NCBI RefSeq assembly: GCF_964355755.1
Contig: NC_092676.1
Coordinates: 7,603,888-7,667,887, forward strand
Length of the DNA: 64,000 bases
Origin: Antedon mediterranea
Taxonomy: Eukaryota; Animalia; Echinodermata
Direction: 5' to 3'
Shown: piece by piece, positions 53,601 to 62,480 of the stretch
Layout: every line of letters starts with the position of its first letter
How positions within the stretch are numbered: the first letter of the stretch is position 1
The notes under the pieces: generated by a model
The model's input: only the letters and a program-made list of their open reading frames with translations
Databases searched by the model: none
What the model was told of the DNA's origin: nothing
Made by a program: the position numbers and the translations under genes

Positions 53601-56023
53601 CAGTGGACCTTGCCTTCATTCCAGACCAAACCAAAGACCAGCCATCAAAGTCTTAATTTATCACATTGAATTCGAATTTTTTAATTTCAAGAAGAATCTA
53701 AATTAATACTGCTTTAAAATGTATGCTATTTCAAATAATATATAATTGATCAACAAAAATAAATATGATTATCTATTTTAACTGAAGAACGTGTTATGTA
53801 TTGTTATTATATTGAATTTGATAACGATGTTAAATTAATTTAAATGATGACAAAAATTGATGATGAAGTGACGCTCGCATAACTTTAGTCGTTATTTGAT
53901 GCCGCGATATACTGTACTTATTCATCTAGCGGAATTAAACACAAAGCTGAGAAATATTTCTATTAAATACTTGAAACGTCAACTATATTAAAAGATCGAT
54001 TAGACTACTGTAAATAAAGAATGGGTAAAACTAGCAACGTACAGTATGGTTTGCGGAACGGCACGATATCAATTAAAGTTTCCCCTACTCAAATAGGGCA
54101 GTTGACTATTGTTTGCCTTTCGAGTCTCCATAACATACAGTAAAGTTTTTTTCTATATATAGAATCTAGAATCAACAACTTACAATTGGCCCAGTACAGG
54201 TTTATAATGAGGTCACATGAGCCTTCATTGCAGAAACTATCGGTTGCATAATACTTCAACTTTGTCGGGCCATACTTGAAGACATCTCCTGGTGAACGGA
54301 GCGCCGTCGGCGTCATATTAACGCTTACATCAGCGTTGTCGATTGCTGCTGGCAGCATCCAGCTAACGGCTGCCGATTGTTGCCCGTTTGGTATTTCTAT
54401 GTTGATTGTCTTGTCACAATTCACGAAAAGGGGTGGTTCTTTATCTAAAAAGTGAATGACGTCATGTAGTGTTTAATGTTTGTTGTTATTTAGAATTTAA
54501 AATAGGTCTATGCAGGGAGATGTAAAGTAATTCGAATTATTTTTCTCTCTGGCCTATGTAAAAGTTGTATTAGCCAGATGCATTTAGGGATAGTAGGCGC
54601 GCGATCGAAGAGTCTTTAAGATGCACCTCTCATCTAGTGATGATATTGACATGTGTTGGTTCCTCCGATCACTTTTAACCGTCAAAGATTCACCATCACG
54701 TTTTATTTTTAACCTAGGCCTATATAGTGAAATTCCAATTTTAAAATACCTTTAACGACCACATTAAACAGACATTCTGCCGTTTCATTCACTCCAATCG
54801 CCGTGTAATTAACCGTCCTGGTACCGATTGGAAATTCGTGACCTGACTCGTAGTTATTCTGCATTTCAACTGCGTTTTCCACTACAGGTTCGTCCCAGTG
54901 AGCGTCTATCGTTGCTTGGTTGCTCCGTATTTCTAAACTTATTTGATTTGGGCAATCAGTAAACACAACAGGGCCAGCTACAAACAAAAAATAATTTGAA
55001 TTAACTGAACAATATATTTCATTTCATAGTTTATGAAACACAATTGGAAGGTTATGGATTTTGCAAATCAAATTAGTTAGTTTACGGCAACCGTCGCAGT
55101 GGACCAAATAATTCAACTTTCATCTCCTCTAATATTACACGAAGAGACCATTTTGCAAAATAGTATTTAGACCTAAAGATGTAATGTCCCCTGGAAAATA
55201 ATTTAAACATTTTTTTTTTAATATCCCATTTTAATGTCACATAATAGTTATCCAAAATCTGGATCTAAACATAATTTATTTATCTGAAAAAATTTAATTC
55301 AAAGCAAAACAAGTCAAATTGACTGCCTACCAATGAATTTTTGGTTGAATTTAACCATTTATGCTATTTTATAAATGAAAACATTCTTTTCCCGTTTTTT
55401 TTTTCTACGGAAGTAATTAACTTTATTAACACTACACAATAACCTATTCAATGTCTGATTTAATTAATCTTTATATTTCATGTTTTTTCGGGACAGTACA
55501 TCTTTAAACAAATTATAGTACCAAACATAATATACCATGGAAAATGAAAAGAGATTAACCCCCATATTCTTAAATATAAAAACTCGTTCGTATACCTATA
55601 GCGTCCGTAGCATTAGTTGGATCTATCCTCAGAAATAAATTCATCTGTAAAATAAAATTCAAAATATAAAAATTAGGATATTAATTCATTCATTAATTTT
55701 TCTTATTTCGGATAGTACATCCATATACAAAACAAATAAAACAAGTTAACAAGCATCTTCCACAAAAACAATCTAAAAATCTATCCCAAAATATGCACCA
55801 ACGTTGATGCTGGTTGGATTGTGGCAGTACATTAAATGTTTTTAAATAAACTATTACAAAACTCATGAATTCTATTTATAAAACTATAAATGAAGTTTAT
55901 GTGATATCGAAAATATAATTTAGCAAATGGTATTGTGATATTGGTATAGGCCCAAACGGTGCACGTATTAATTTATGTTGTAAAAAACGTAATACTTACC
56001 ATTATAAAAATAATTAACTCCAT
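8905..56023 (-). CDS. Multi-exon adhesion GPCR with 26 HYR repeats (signal peptide - HYR x26 - GAIN/GPS - 7TM - acidic tail), about 2,906 aa, 48 exons
   Basis: Hand-assembled exons with GT/GC-AG sites and matching phases. Leader: 56023-56000, 55644-55596 (MELIIFIM|MNLFLRIDPTNATDAI). Then 26 HYR exons (54977 to 30200), GAIN exons (29885 to 25332), GPS exon 16175-16061, TM exons (15528 to 11957) and tail exons (11075 to 8905, stop TAG). Summed exon length is 8,721 nt. Confidence 0.88.
10337..10605. repeat. 41-bp intronic minisatellite, about 6.5 copies
   Basis: Unit GAGTAGTCACAGTTGTGCGATATTTTATTCGTGCAGCGTTC. Confidence 0.95.
11140..11465 (+). mobile_element. LINE 3'-end remnant (CR1/L2-like)
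   Basis: Stem-loop CCTGC...GCAGG (about 11341-11375), AATAAA and an ATTGAA-type tail, the same layout as the 3' end of the 44328-47770 element. Confidence 0.5.
11750..11905. mobile_element. MITE family C (CCACTAGAGACG...TGACCAAT/ATTGGTCA...TCTCTAGTGGGAACC); other copies at about 25480-25625, 50847-50910, 56600-56720
   Basis: Internally palindromic ~150-bp dispersed repeat. Confidence 0.6.
11957..15528 (-). CDS. Seven-transmembrane (secretin/adhesion family) exons
   Basis: Exons 15528-15428 (TM1 VVTYCTGIASIVSLIVVAII), 15078-14961 (TM2 VMANLIISALL), 14485-14274 (TM3 CIVVGVILQYLYIAMVMWIFVD, TM4 LAWG), 13542-13476 (CW, FATP TM5), 12521-12436 and 12119-11957 (TM6, TM7 LHGAFI, similar to family LQGxFI). 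Confidence 0.9.
13685..13808 (+). mobile_element. Helentron-associated (HINE/DINE-1-like) non-autonomous element
   Basis: TTTTTAG(C/T)CGCGTG..CGCGACTCTATAG, a (GTCG/GTCT)n microsatellite, subterminal GCACGCGACT and a 3' end TGGCTGTTGGCCTTGTT. A related copy lies at 2182-2280. Confidence 0.65.
16061..16175 (-). CDS. GPS motif exon (ERWSEDGCRLVSSGLSELVECHCSHTSIFGILLPTELED)
   Basis: W-S-x-x-G-C ... C-x-C-x-H-x-S-x-F-G-I-L-L is the GPCR proteolysis site signature. The phase-2 acceptor matches the 25332 donor. Confidence 0.92.
16592..17410 (-). mobile_element. Longer HINE/DINE-1-like copy of the same family
   Basis: Reverse-complement ends of the 13685 element, two (GACA/GACC)n tracts and an extra internal segment. 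Confidence 0.65.
17700..19640. repeat. Left subterminal array of the CACTA element (~102-bp unit, ~398-bp higher-order repeat)
   Basis: Unit TTTTGAGAAATGTTTTACTTAAAATAAGAAGTCAATATCATACTATCTTATCAAGACT... The ORF track restarts at 18505, 18903 and 19301 (398-bp spacing). Confidence 0.92.
21574..23065 (+). pseudogene. Decayed spliced ORF inside the CACTA element, resembling the accessory (SAMD3-like) protein of animal EnSpm elements
   Basis: AG/GT-bounded segments at about 21574-21731, 22114-22198 and 22753-23065. The last reads DEALVTLLSTFYLLDFDYPK*KEVGLTIL*QLV, with in-frame stops. Confidence 0.5.
23280..25030. repeat. Right subterminal array of the CACTA element (~63-bp unit)
   Basis: Unit TTGCTTGAAACAAGAATTC...AAATCGGAATATTCTTACTTATTTTAAGAAAAATA. 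Copies at about 23360-23500 are in the inverted orientation. Confidence 0.92.
25332..29885 (-). CDS. Putative GAIN-domain exons of the adhesion GPCR
   Basis: Exons 29885-29700, 29262-29215, 27973-27865, 26686-26531, 26202-26112, 25773-~25662 and 25390-25332 join in frame. They give an acidic helical-like segment, then beta-like segments (YQLQSGVLVCKL, VEFAMVV), ending in the GPS start ICVSWNEKT. Confidence 0.75.
27697..27836. mobile_element. Palindromic MITE family A (TIR AGCTCTGTCTACACTATCAAA, PIF/Harbinger-like); other copies at about 1334-1460, 14600-14740, 27165-27255, 60176-60292
   Basis: TGTCTACACTATCAAA...TAGTGTAGACAGAGCT inverted ends with TAA/TTA flanks, repeated at several loci. 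Confidence 0.7.
28015..29065. repeat. 19-bp intronic minisatellite, roughly 55 copies
   Basis: Unit GGAACAGTG(A/G)CACACTTTT. Confidence 0.97.
30200..54977 (-). CDS. HYR (hyalin repeat) array of the adhesion GPCR: 26 exons, one ~80-aa HYR domain each
   Basis: Exons: 54977-54750, 54444-54184, 50742-50476, 42346-42098, 41541-41299, 40634-40389, 40029-39784, 39374-39129, 38532-38293, 37942-37694, 37262-37017, 36622-36383, 36266-36018, 35901-35656, 35525-35286, 35127-34879, 34458-34213, 34058-33816, 33704-33456, 33047-32802, 32589-32344, 32197-31952, 31802-31557, 31451-31206, 30830-30585, 30471-30200. Most read D-x-E-x-P-x(3-4)-CP...W-x-x-P-x-A-x-DNSG...G-x-x-F-x-(I/L)-G-x-T-x-V-x-Y-x-A-x-D-x-x-x-N-x-x-x-C-x-F-x-V-x-V, the HYR consensus; the first four are more divergent. 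All are phase 1-1 except the last (1-0). The acceptor of the 50742 exon is weak and approximate. Confidence 0.93.
33195..33420. repeat. Polypurine (GAAA)n-type low-complexity tract
   Basis: AAAG/GAAAG runs in the intron between two HYR exons. Confidence 0.9.
38715..38990 (+). mobile_element. tRNA-derived SINE (5'-truncated)
   Basis: B-box GGTTCGAATCC, central CCTGAGGCAAGACACTTTAC...CCCAGGTGTATAAATGGGT domain, and an L2-like tail GCGCTATATAAAT...TATTATT. Confidence 0.65.
41764..41930. mobile_element. GC-rich hAT-like MITE (CAGTGGCGTA terminus); related inverted copy at about 39618-39742
   Basis: CAGTGGCGTAACGACGGCTATGAGC matches the reverse complement of GCTCATAGCCGTTACGCC at about 39720. 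Confidence 0.5.
44328..47770 (+). mobile_element. CR1/L2-group non-LTR retrotransposon (ORF2, 3' UTR and (ATTGA)n tail; no ORF1 seen)
   Basis: Unique sequence interrupting the satellite, with an intact 1036-aa ORF. The 3' UTR has stem-loops, then AATAAA and ATTGAATTGAATTGAATTGA. Confidence 0.9.
44412..47522 (+). CDS. LINE ORF2: APE endonuclease plus reverse transcriptase
   Basis: APE motifs HLNIRS, SETWL, YRPP, GDFN, IDH, SDH. RT motifs NYRPISVL, QYGFR, FLDLSKAFD, GVPQGSVLGPLLF, FADD. Confidence 0.95.
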   Translation: MMYTTFSQLPFHDIDYSDELHASHIPPEINNADFNPLIDNDLKFDQQSNMLIDHFNLRSSTLDNCKYHDINIFNNFTGKLPDSNHLSLLHLNIRSVSNKFDKLNELVHSINLKFSIIGLSETWLNESKMHPFLHNYTFLSSDRIGNKTGGGVGLFVKNHINYNIRNDLILPKEICDSLFIEIIHKNKKNSIIGIIYRPPDSNIDTFSTIINDLLTKINSENKYCNIMGDFNIDLIKFHNHNHINNYLNTILLNSFFPTISKPTRITKNTATLIDHFYTNHINLEITSGIIISDISDHLPIFQIIDYDLCFKNTSIDYSHYVADINSLNFDLSQADWSSVYNADYKSAIDTFNDIFFSIYQRHLVTKEIKINKYKKCKQPWMTPTLLKSSQRKHYLYKKYIKSQSPNDKTTYTSYNNLFIALCRTAKKQYYERKFNQVKTNIKKVWGVINSVLNPARKNNKNPSVLKIGDEFIYDTNSICDHFNKYFSEIGLKTLNSIPDNNIDPMSNLPPPPINSFFINPVTENEVLNMINSLDSNKGSGHDSLTPSVLKKVTPFILIPLTYVINLSFTTGIVPDHIKLAKVVPVFKKGNANLLNNYRPISVLPILSKIIEKLMHTRLYTYLTKHNILNNHQYGFRKKHSTCHAMLELIHSINNAFENKEFLLSTFLDLSKAFDVVNHDILLSKLLRYGIRGVSLKWFISYLSNRKQYVQIGNCKSSAKNVPCGVPQGSVLGPLLFLIYVNDITFVSDTLNIVSFADDTTLFYSNKNIDLLVNTFNLELNKIENWFSSNKLLINTSKTNFIIFHSHRNRHKLSNKNIQVVLNGKNLDRKSETLFLGILINENLNWTGHQKNISIKMSKCIGVINQIKYFFPQHILLSLYNSLILPHLLYCNIIWAADYPSNLHRIFILQKRVVRLLNFEQSTSASEPLFKKLKILKIYDLHKLQVTSFMFEYVTGLLPKSVSMLFSNRLLDHTYNIRNPHKLYVPFVKLRKSQFFITYLGPTYWNNLDSTAINHLYTVNSFTKHIKILYLSCYQTY
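51957..53706 (+). CDS. Nested antisense protein kinase gene (tyrosine-kinase-like catalytic loop, non-RD), about 495 aa
   Basis: Coding exons 51957-52021, 52158-52779 and 52906-53706 with compatible phases. Motifs: LGTGSYGRV, VAVK, alphaC E (LEARIM), HNDLATRN, DFG, APE, SDIYSLG, RP. AATAAA near 53758. Probable 5' UTR exons end at about 51230 and span 51497-51541. Confidence 0.85.
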
Positions 56024-57783
56024 CCTATTTGCGAGAGCACCAGTTGGTTTCCAAGATATAAACCGTTTATTAGAATGACTGACGACTTTTCCACCAACTT
56101 AACGATTTGTTAAGAACAAGCATTCCGAAGAATTTCAATCGATCATATTTGTTTCGCTTTATGAACAAATGTATACTTTTGAAACTAAGACGCAACGGTA
56201 TTTAATGAAAGATGAAAACAAGAAGACAATAACATATCTATCACTATACAGTAGTAGTATTGTTGGAATTGAGTTTTTAAACGGAGTTTACTGTTTGAAT
56301 TGTGGAGAGAAGTTAGTTATAATATTGTTTTAAAGTGTAAAAATAGGATTCGATAAATCGATGTTCAAGTAACAAACACGTGTTTTGTTTATAGCAAGTG
56401 CAGGCCCAACCACCGTAAATGATTCGGAAATGCCGCTTTACAAACGGCGGCGTATTCGACGCTGGGGGGAATTCGAGATCGATGTGTTGTGGTTAAAAAT
56501 TAGGCCTACATAGGCCTACTTTGGAGGTGGGAGAAAATACCGCTGCAGACAAGGCGGCAGTTATGTAATTGGTAGCTTATCAAGCTTACACTGTACACGA
56601 CGATGAATACTAATCACACAAAGGACGCAAGAAGTGCGCCGGAAGTAATTTGACCAATCACGCCACGATGGATCATCTGAACTGTTACTTGTGATTGGTC
56701 AACTCACTTGCGTTGTGCCTACGTCGTTGCATTGCGTCCAAGCTTACAGATATATTGTCCCCAAAAAACCATAAAAATTAAGATTAATCAAATCAGCTAT
56801 TTTTGCAGTTTTAGTAAAATTATTCACTTATGAATAGACAAAATAAACTGTTAATTTTAACACAAAAAAACTCATTGTCTGACAGACAATATAAGTATTT
56901 TTTTCTTTAAATTACTTTTTTTTTTTCAGGTAAATCATTTTTTTTTTCAATCCAGTTTTTGGTCAAAGTTAATAACTATTATGATGATGAATGATTACGA
57001 CAATAAAAAAAAACAATTAAAAACACAAAATTCATTTACAGTATAAATTTATCACCGTCATAATATGTATTATGACTATAATGTTTATCTAAGTACATAA
57101 TTTTATTCGCCAAATTACAGAAATATTTCTATAAATTGACCAAAATATAGTCTGCGTTCATAAAAAATAATGTTACCGTTTGACAAAAACAATAAATTGT
57201 ACATCGAAACAGATAAGAATTGTAAATGATTTGGACCCACAACCTCTTGATGCTAGGGAGAGTGTCATACCATTTGGCCTCAGAGCAAAATATTAAAGAT
57301 ATCTAAAAAATCAGGGACTTTCTTTCGCACAATCATTTTAAATGTGCATGTTTAGAATATGTTGCAGCTGACAAGTAAAATAAACATTCATTGGATGAGA
57401 TGTTTAGATGTTGGTCGTAATATAAGCCATAAGATAATAAAATTTTTTTGAATATAATTTTTGTGATTATACTTTATTTATATATACTTTTCTGTGCCTT
57501 GTCATGCCTTTCGCTTGGCTAGTCCTTGCTTAAGGTAAGCAATTTTGCCCTAGGCTTTTATTTTCTTATATCAATGTGTTTGTACCGTTAGCCTTTGTTT
57601 TATTGAATAATAAAAATAATCTAAATAAAATATATAATATAAGTAGGTGATCATATTCCAATTAAATATTAATATTAGTTTTGAAGGTTAAAACATAATA
57701 TCTTTCTTAATATCTAAATTTAAAATTCAAATAAAACAAATATATTTATATATATACATACGTACATATCATTTCAAAACCTG

Positions 57784-57832
57784 ATCTGCACTGACGAGAT
57801 CTAATAAGATTGAAACAGTACTATGTGCAGAT
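57784..57832 (+). ncRNA. Degenerate type I hammerhead ribozyme motif
   Basis: ATCTGCA-CTGACGA-GATCT-AATA-AGATT-GAAA-CAGTACTATG-TGCAGAT. Stems I and II pair; the cleavage triplet reads ATG instead of GTH. Confidence 0.55.
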
Positions 57833-58096
57833 TGGATATAAACATACATATATATTTATGCATTACAATTCTACAGTATATCAGACATACAGTGTGAACA
57901 CCTTTTGGACCTAATAAAATGTCCCCTTAATAGAGATAGAGTGGTCGATTTCACAGAAAATATCCCTTTAATAGTTAGTAAAGATAATATCGACAAAACC
58001 AACGAAATATTTTGCCACTGCTTGTATGAACTGCTGTTATGTTTTAATATTTAATAAATATATGTTTTCTTTCAATATATTATTTATAGTTAATTA

Positions 58097-61000
58097 TTAT
58101 GATTTTTTGGTACTGAATAACTTTCCTGTGACGGGACACACGGATCGGTTTCTCGCACAATGTACGTGGGTGATTGTACCGTTCGGGTAACGCACAAACG
58201 AGGCATCCACAAAAGCCTGATTGCACACTTTACATACTCGATCGTCGCCAACGAATATCGGATGTTTATTTTCGGCGCACAGGACCGATTTTAAGTTTAG
58301 GTTCTCGCCACGAGCCAGCATTCTTTGCACTTTGGTGGTCCGACAGGAATGCATGTTGTGACGCAACGTGTGGGTAAGGAATTTGGTTACTAAACCAACA
58401 GACCAACTGTCAGGAATTATCTGTAGCACCTATCAAACATTTAAAGATTAAATTCAAAGTTAAAATACATTTAAAATTGTGAGATATTAGCTAATATTAG
58501 AACAATGAGTTAAGTAACAAATGATTGTTATATTAATTCTGTAGACTTTTTCTGTAAAATATTCTTTTATCAAACCAATATGCAAAGTATGAATTACAAG
58601 ATTAGATGGTAAATACCTTTATATCTTGACGGTTTTGCCAAGATATTTACCATCTAATCTCATAATTCGTACCATTGATTTGATAAAAAGAATATTTTAC
58701 ACATTGTTAATTACAAACCAAATGAATATTTATAAATAGAATTTTGTTTATATAGTTAAAAAATGATACAATTGCATTAGTATTGTCCTTATAAATGAAA
58801 TGTTTATAACAAATTACCCGGATGTTGTCAAAATCGGCAATGTCACTGTTCAGAAGGGTAATCGCTGGTGCTATCAATGAATCTTGCTTCCTAAACACAG
58901 AAGAAAATAATAATGAAACAAAAATAAGTTACAATAGTGTTAGTCATTGTTCATTTGTTAAGGGGACATTTTGGTCACAAATTTGTCCCTTTAAAGATGT
59001 ATTGTCTCCCAAAAACATGAAAGATTATTTAAATCAGACTTTGCACAGATTATTTTGTAGTTTTTATAAAGTTAATCCCTTCTGTAAAACAACAAAAACA
59101 AAAATGTTTTCTCATATAAAATGACAAAATAAATGGTCAAATTCAATCAAAACCTCATTGGCTGCCAGCCAATTTAACTATTTTTTGCTTTATAAAATTA
59201 CAGTTTTTTCAGGAAAATTATTTTTTTTTTCGATTCAATTTTTGTTCAAACTGGATAACTATTATGTGACATTTAAAATGGCATATTCAACAAAAACAAT
59301 TATTTTTTCAGGGGGACAATACATCTTTAATGGTGCTACTATATGTTCTACTTAAAAAAAGGGTCATTTACTATGCAGCATTGGTACGATCAATACAGTC
59401 GCATATTGTTGATGTTCAATAAACAAATGAAGTTTAATTAAATGTATTGAACGATCTAGCAATGTTATTCTAAGAATGTTTTTCTAATCATCACAGAATC
59501 TAGTGCAATGTTCACTAAATAAGGAAGAATGTCAGACATTTCGATTCACAATGATAAACATATTCATATGTATTCATCCAAGCGTGAATCTTTGTGAGCA
59601 CATTATGTTTTGTATTGATTATCGCATTCTCTTGCTATATAAATCAATAAGTTTCAACTTCCGGAGTGTTGCAAGAGTGTCAGACATTTCGATCAACTAT
59701 GATACACATAGGCTATATTTACAAATATTCACTCAGGTGTGAATCTTTGTTACCCCATAATATAATTGCAATTTTTTGCTTTCTATAAATCAATAAGTTT
59801 CAACTTCAGGTATGTTGCAAGAACTTGATTATTCCGGAAATGAATAAAAGGGGTTAACAAATTGAAACTAGATTATAATGAATTTAAATAAATTACTACT
59901 GTACATCAACCAACTCTATTAATGGGGAAAATAGAAATAGTTTGAGCTATTATAAAACATCTGGTTTTAAGTTTGGGTCCATTTTTTTTACTTTAGTATT
60001 GAAGATAGTATGGCAAAGGCTTAAAATCTTTAAAAAAAAAACACTGTAGCTAAGTACAGGTAGGAAATTTCACTGAAAATGGTGGTTAACATGTTTGCCT
60101 AAAAAATCCATAGTCCCACTGTAGGTTCAATTCTCGGCAGCTCAGTACCACTACCGGAGTCCCAAAAGAAGAAGTAAGCTCTGTCTACACTATCAAATGT
60201 GATGTGCCCATATATGGACATGATGAAATCACATCACTACCATATTTGGGCATATCTTGTCAAACTACTTTGATAGTGTAAAGAGAGATTTAGTTTAAAA
60301 AGAAGTAGCCATATTCATCAATCACACAAAAGGGAAAACTCACTAAGGATTAAAAAATTAAACTTACAATTAAAAAATGAGAAATCCGTAATCATTATTA
60401 CATAAAGTGAAATACCTAATATTAAAGGAAAAGAATTCTTGGTGAATACAGTGGCCGTATTCACCAATCACTTACGTGTTTCACTTAAATTGTATTCACT
60501 TAGATTTTTAAAATTAAGTGTTTTCCTTAGCCTAAGTGTGAATGGTAAATACCCCCACTGGTGTTTAGTTACCATGTGTACCTACCCTTCCAATGGGTCT
60601 AAGTAGACACCGAGGAGGATCTGGAAAAGTCTTCGTCTGTATGTCTTGTCACGCCCCAATGAGTTCACATGGCAGTAGTTCTCAGCAGCTCCGTAGTCCT
60701 GCAGTTTATACACCAGAATTCGTAGTGCTTTATCATGTTCTTCCAACTATAAAACAATAACATTATAACAATTTATATTTTATCGTAACCTCAAAGATGT
60801 ATTGTCCCCCAAAAATATGAAAAATGAAGATTAATAAATCAGACTTTAAATCAGGCCATTTTGCAGTTTTAATAAAGTTATTCACCTCTGTAAAAAAAAA
60901 AAATTATTTCACTTATAAAAAGACAAAAGAAAAGGTTAATTTCAACCAAAACTCATTGTCTGACAGACAAATTAAGTATTTTTTCCTTTAAATTATGTTT

Positions 61001-62449
61001 TTTTCAGGTAAATGTTTTTTTTTATCCAGTTTTAAAACTTATATTTTTCATGGGGACAATACATCTTTAAAGGTATATAGTCCCCCTGAAAAATATATTT
61101 TTTATAAATGTTGTTGTTGAATATAACATTTAAGAAAATACAAATGGACCGGACAAGGTAAGGCTTCCGATGGACACTTCAGCCAAATTAGCGTTGACAG
61201 AGTCCATTCGAAAAGTTAAAAGACCAGTTGGCAGACCAAAAACTACCTGGATAGGAAACATAAATAAAGAACTCAAAAAAGCAAATACATCGATCGAAAA
61301 ATTAATGACAGACCATCAGACCACCGAAAGAGTCATGGAAACGATTAGCGTACGCAATGTCTACCCAAGACGAATAGCGTAACGGATGATGATGATGACA
61401 TTTAAATTTCACATAATAGTTTAATATCCACTTTGACCAAAAAAATGGAATGAAAAAACAAGTCAAATTGTCTGTTAGGCAATGGGGTTTTGGTTAAAAT
61501 CAAAAGTTTATTTTGAAATCATTACTCTTGTTCATTTTTTTTAAAAACTTTATTAAAACTACAAAATGGCTTATTTAAAGTCCGATTGTATTAATCTTAA
61601 TTGTTCATGTTTTTGGGGGACAATACATATATAAGACAAATGGATTAGAGTCATGGTGTCACTACAACCAGAATTAAAACCAGACAAATAAAATTAATCA
61701 ATGGTATGGCTACTACAAAAGTATCCCTTTCACCGGACATGACAATAGCTTGTTTCCACGGTAATTATTGATCAAATTAATAAATAATTCTTAGTGTATT
61801 CTTTTCATTAAAAACTAATTTGGAATTTACAGATGAATTGATGAATTAATGGTTGTTTTTCAGTCTTATATAATGGATCAATAATCTCAATTGAATATTA
61901 ATTATCGGACTTGGTAAGATTCACTGCTAGAATAACAAGAAAAGGTTTTGTGACGATGATTGATGACGGCAGAATTGATAAAGGTGTTGCATAACACTAA
62001 AATTATGACAATTGAATTTATTGATGTGCAAAAGCAGTAAAAAGATTACTTTATTATTATAAATAATTGTAATATTTCTATAATATGAGCACAACAATAC
62101 GTCTGTACTACGAGATTAACTTTTGTTTTATATACTTCTTCGTTTATATTTGACTGCACCACAGTTCAAATAAATAACTAAATAACAAAAATAAATCATC
62201 AAACTAATAGTATTGCTGATATACTAGTTGTAATGATGAAGATAATCAGGATGATGATGAAGAAGATAATCAGAATGATGAAGATAATCAGGATGATGTT
62301 TGCTTATAATCAGTATGATGATGATGAAGATAATCAGGATGAAGAAGATAATCAGAATGATTAAGATAATCAGGATGATTAAGATAATCAGAATGATGAT
62401 GATAATCAGGATGATGATGAAGATGGTAATCAGGATGATGAAGATAATC

Positions 62450-62480
<31 letters not shown>

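Noticed and set aside
50900-54050. Idea that the nested kinase is carried by a transposon
   Set aside because: No TIRs, TSD or poly(A) tail were visible around it, so this is left untested.
56400-56720. CpG-richer stretch with CCGGAAGT and CCAAT words upstream of the receptor ATG, a possible promoter
   Set aside because: The motifs fall largely within a family-C MITE copy and there is no TSS evidence.
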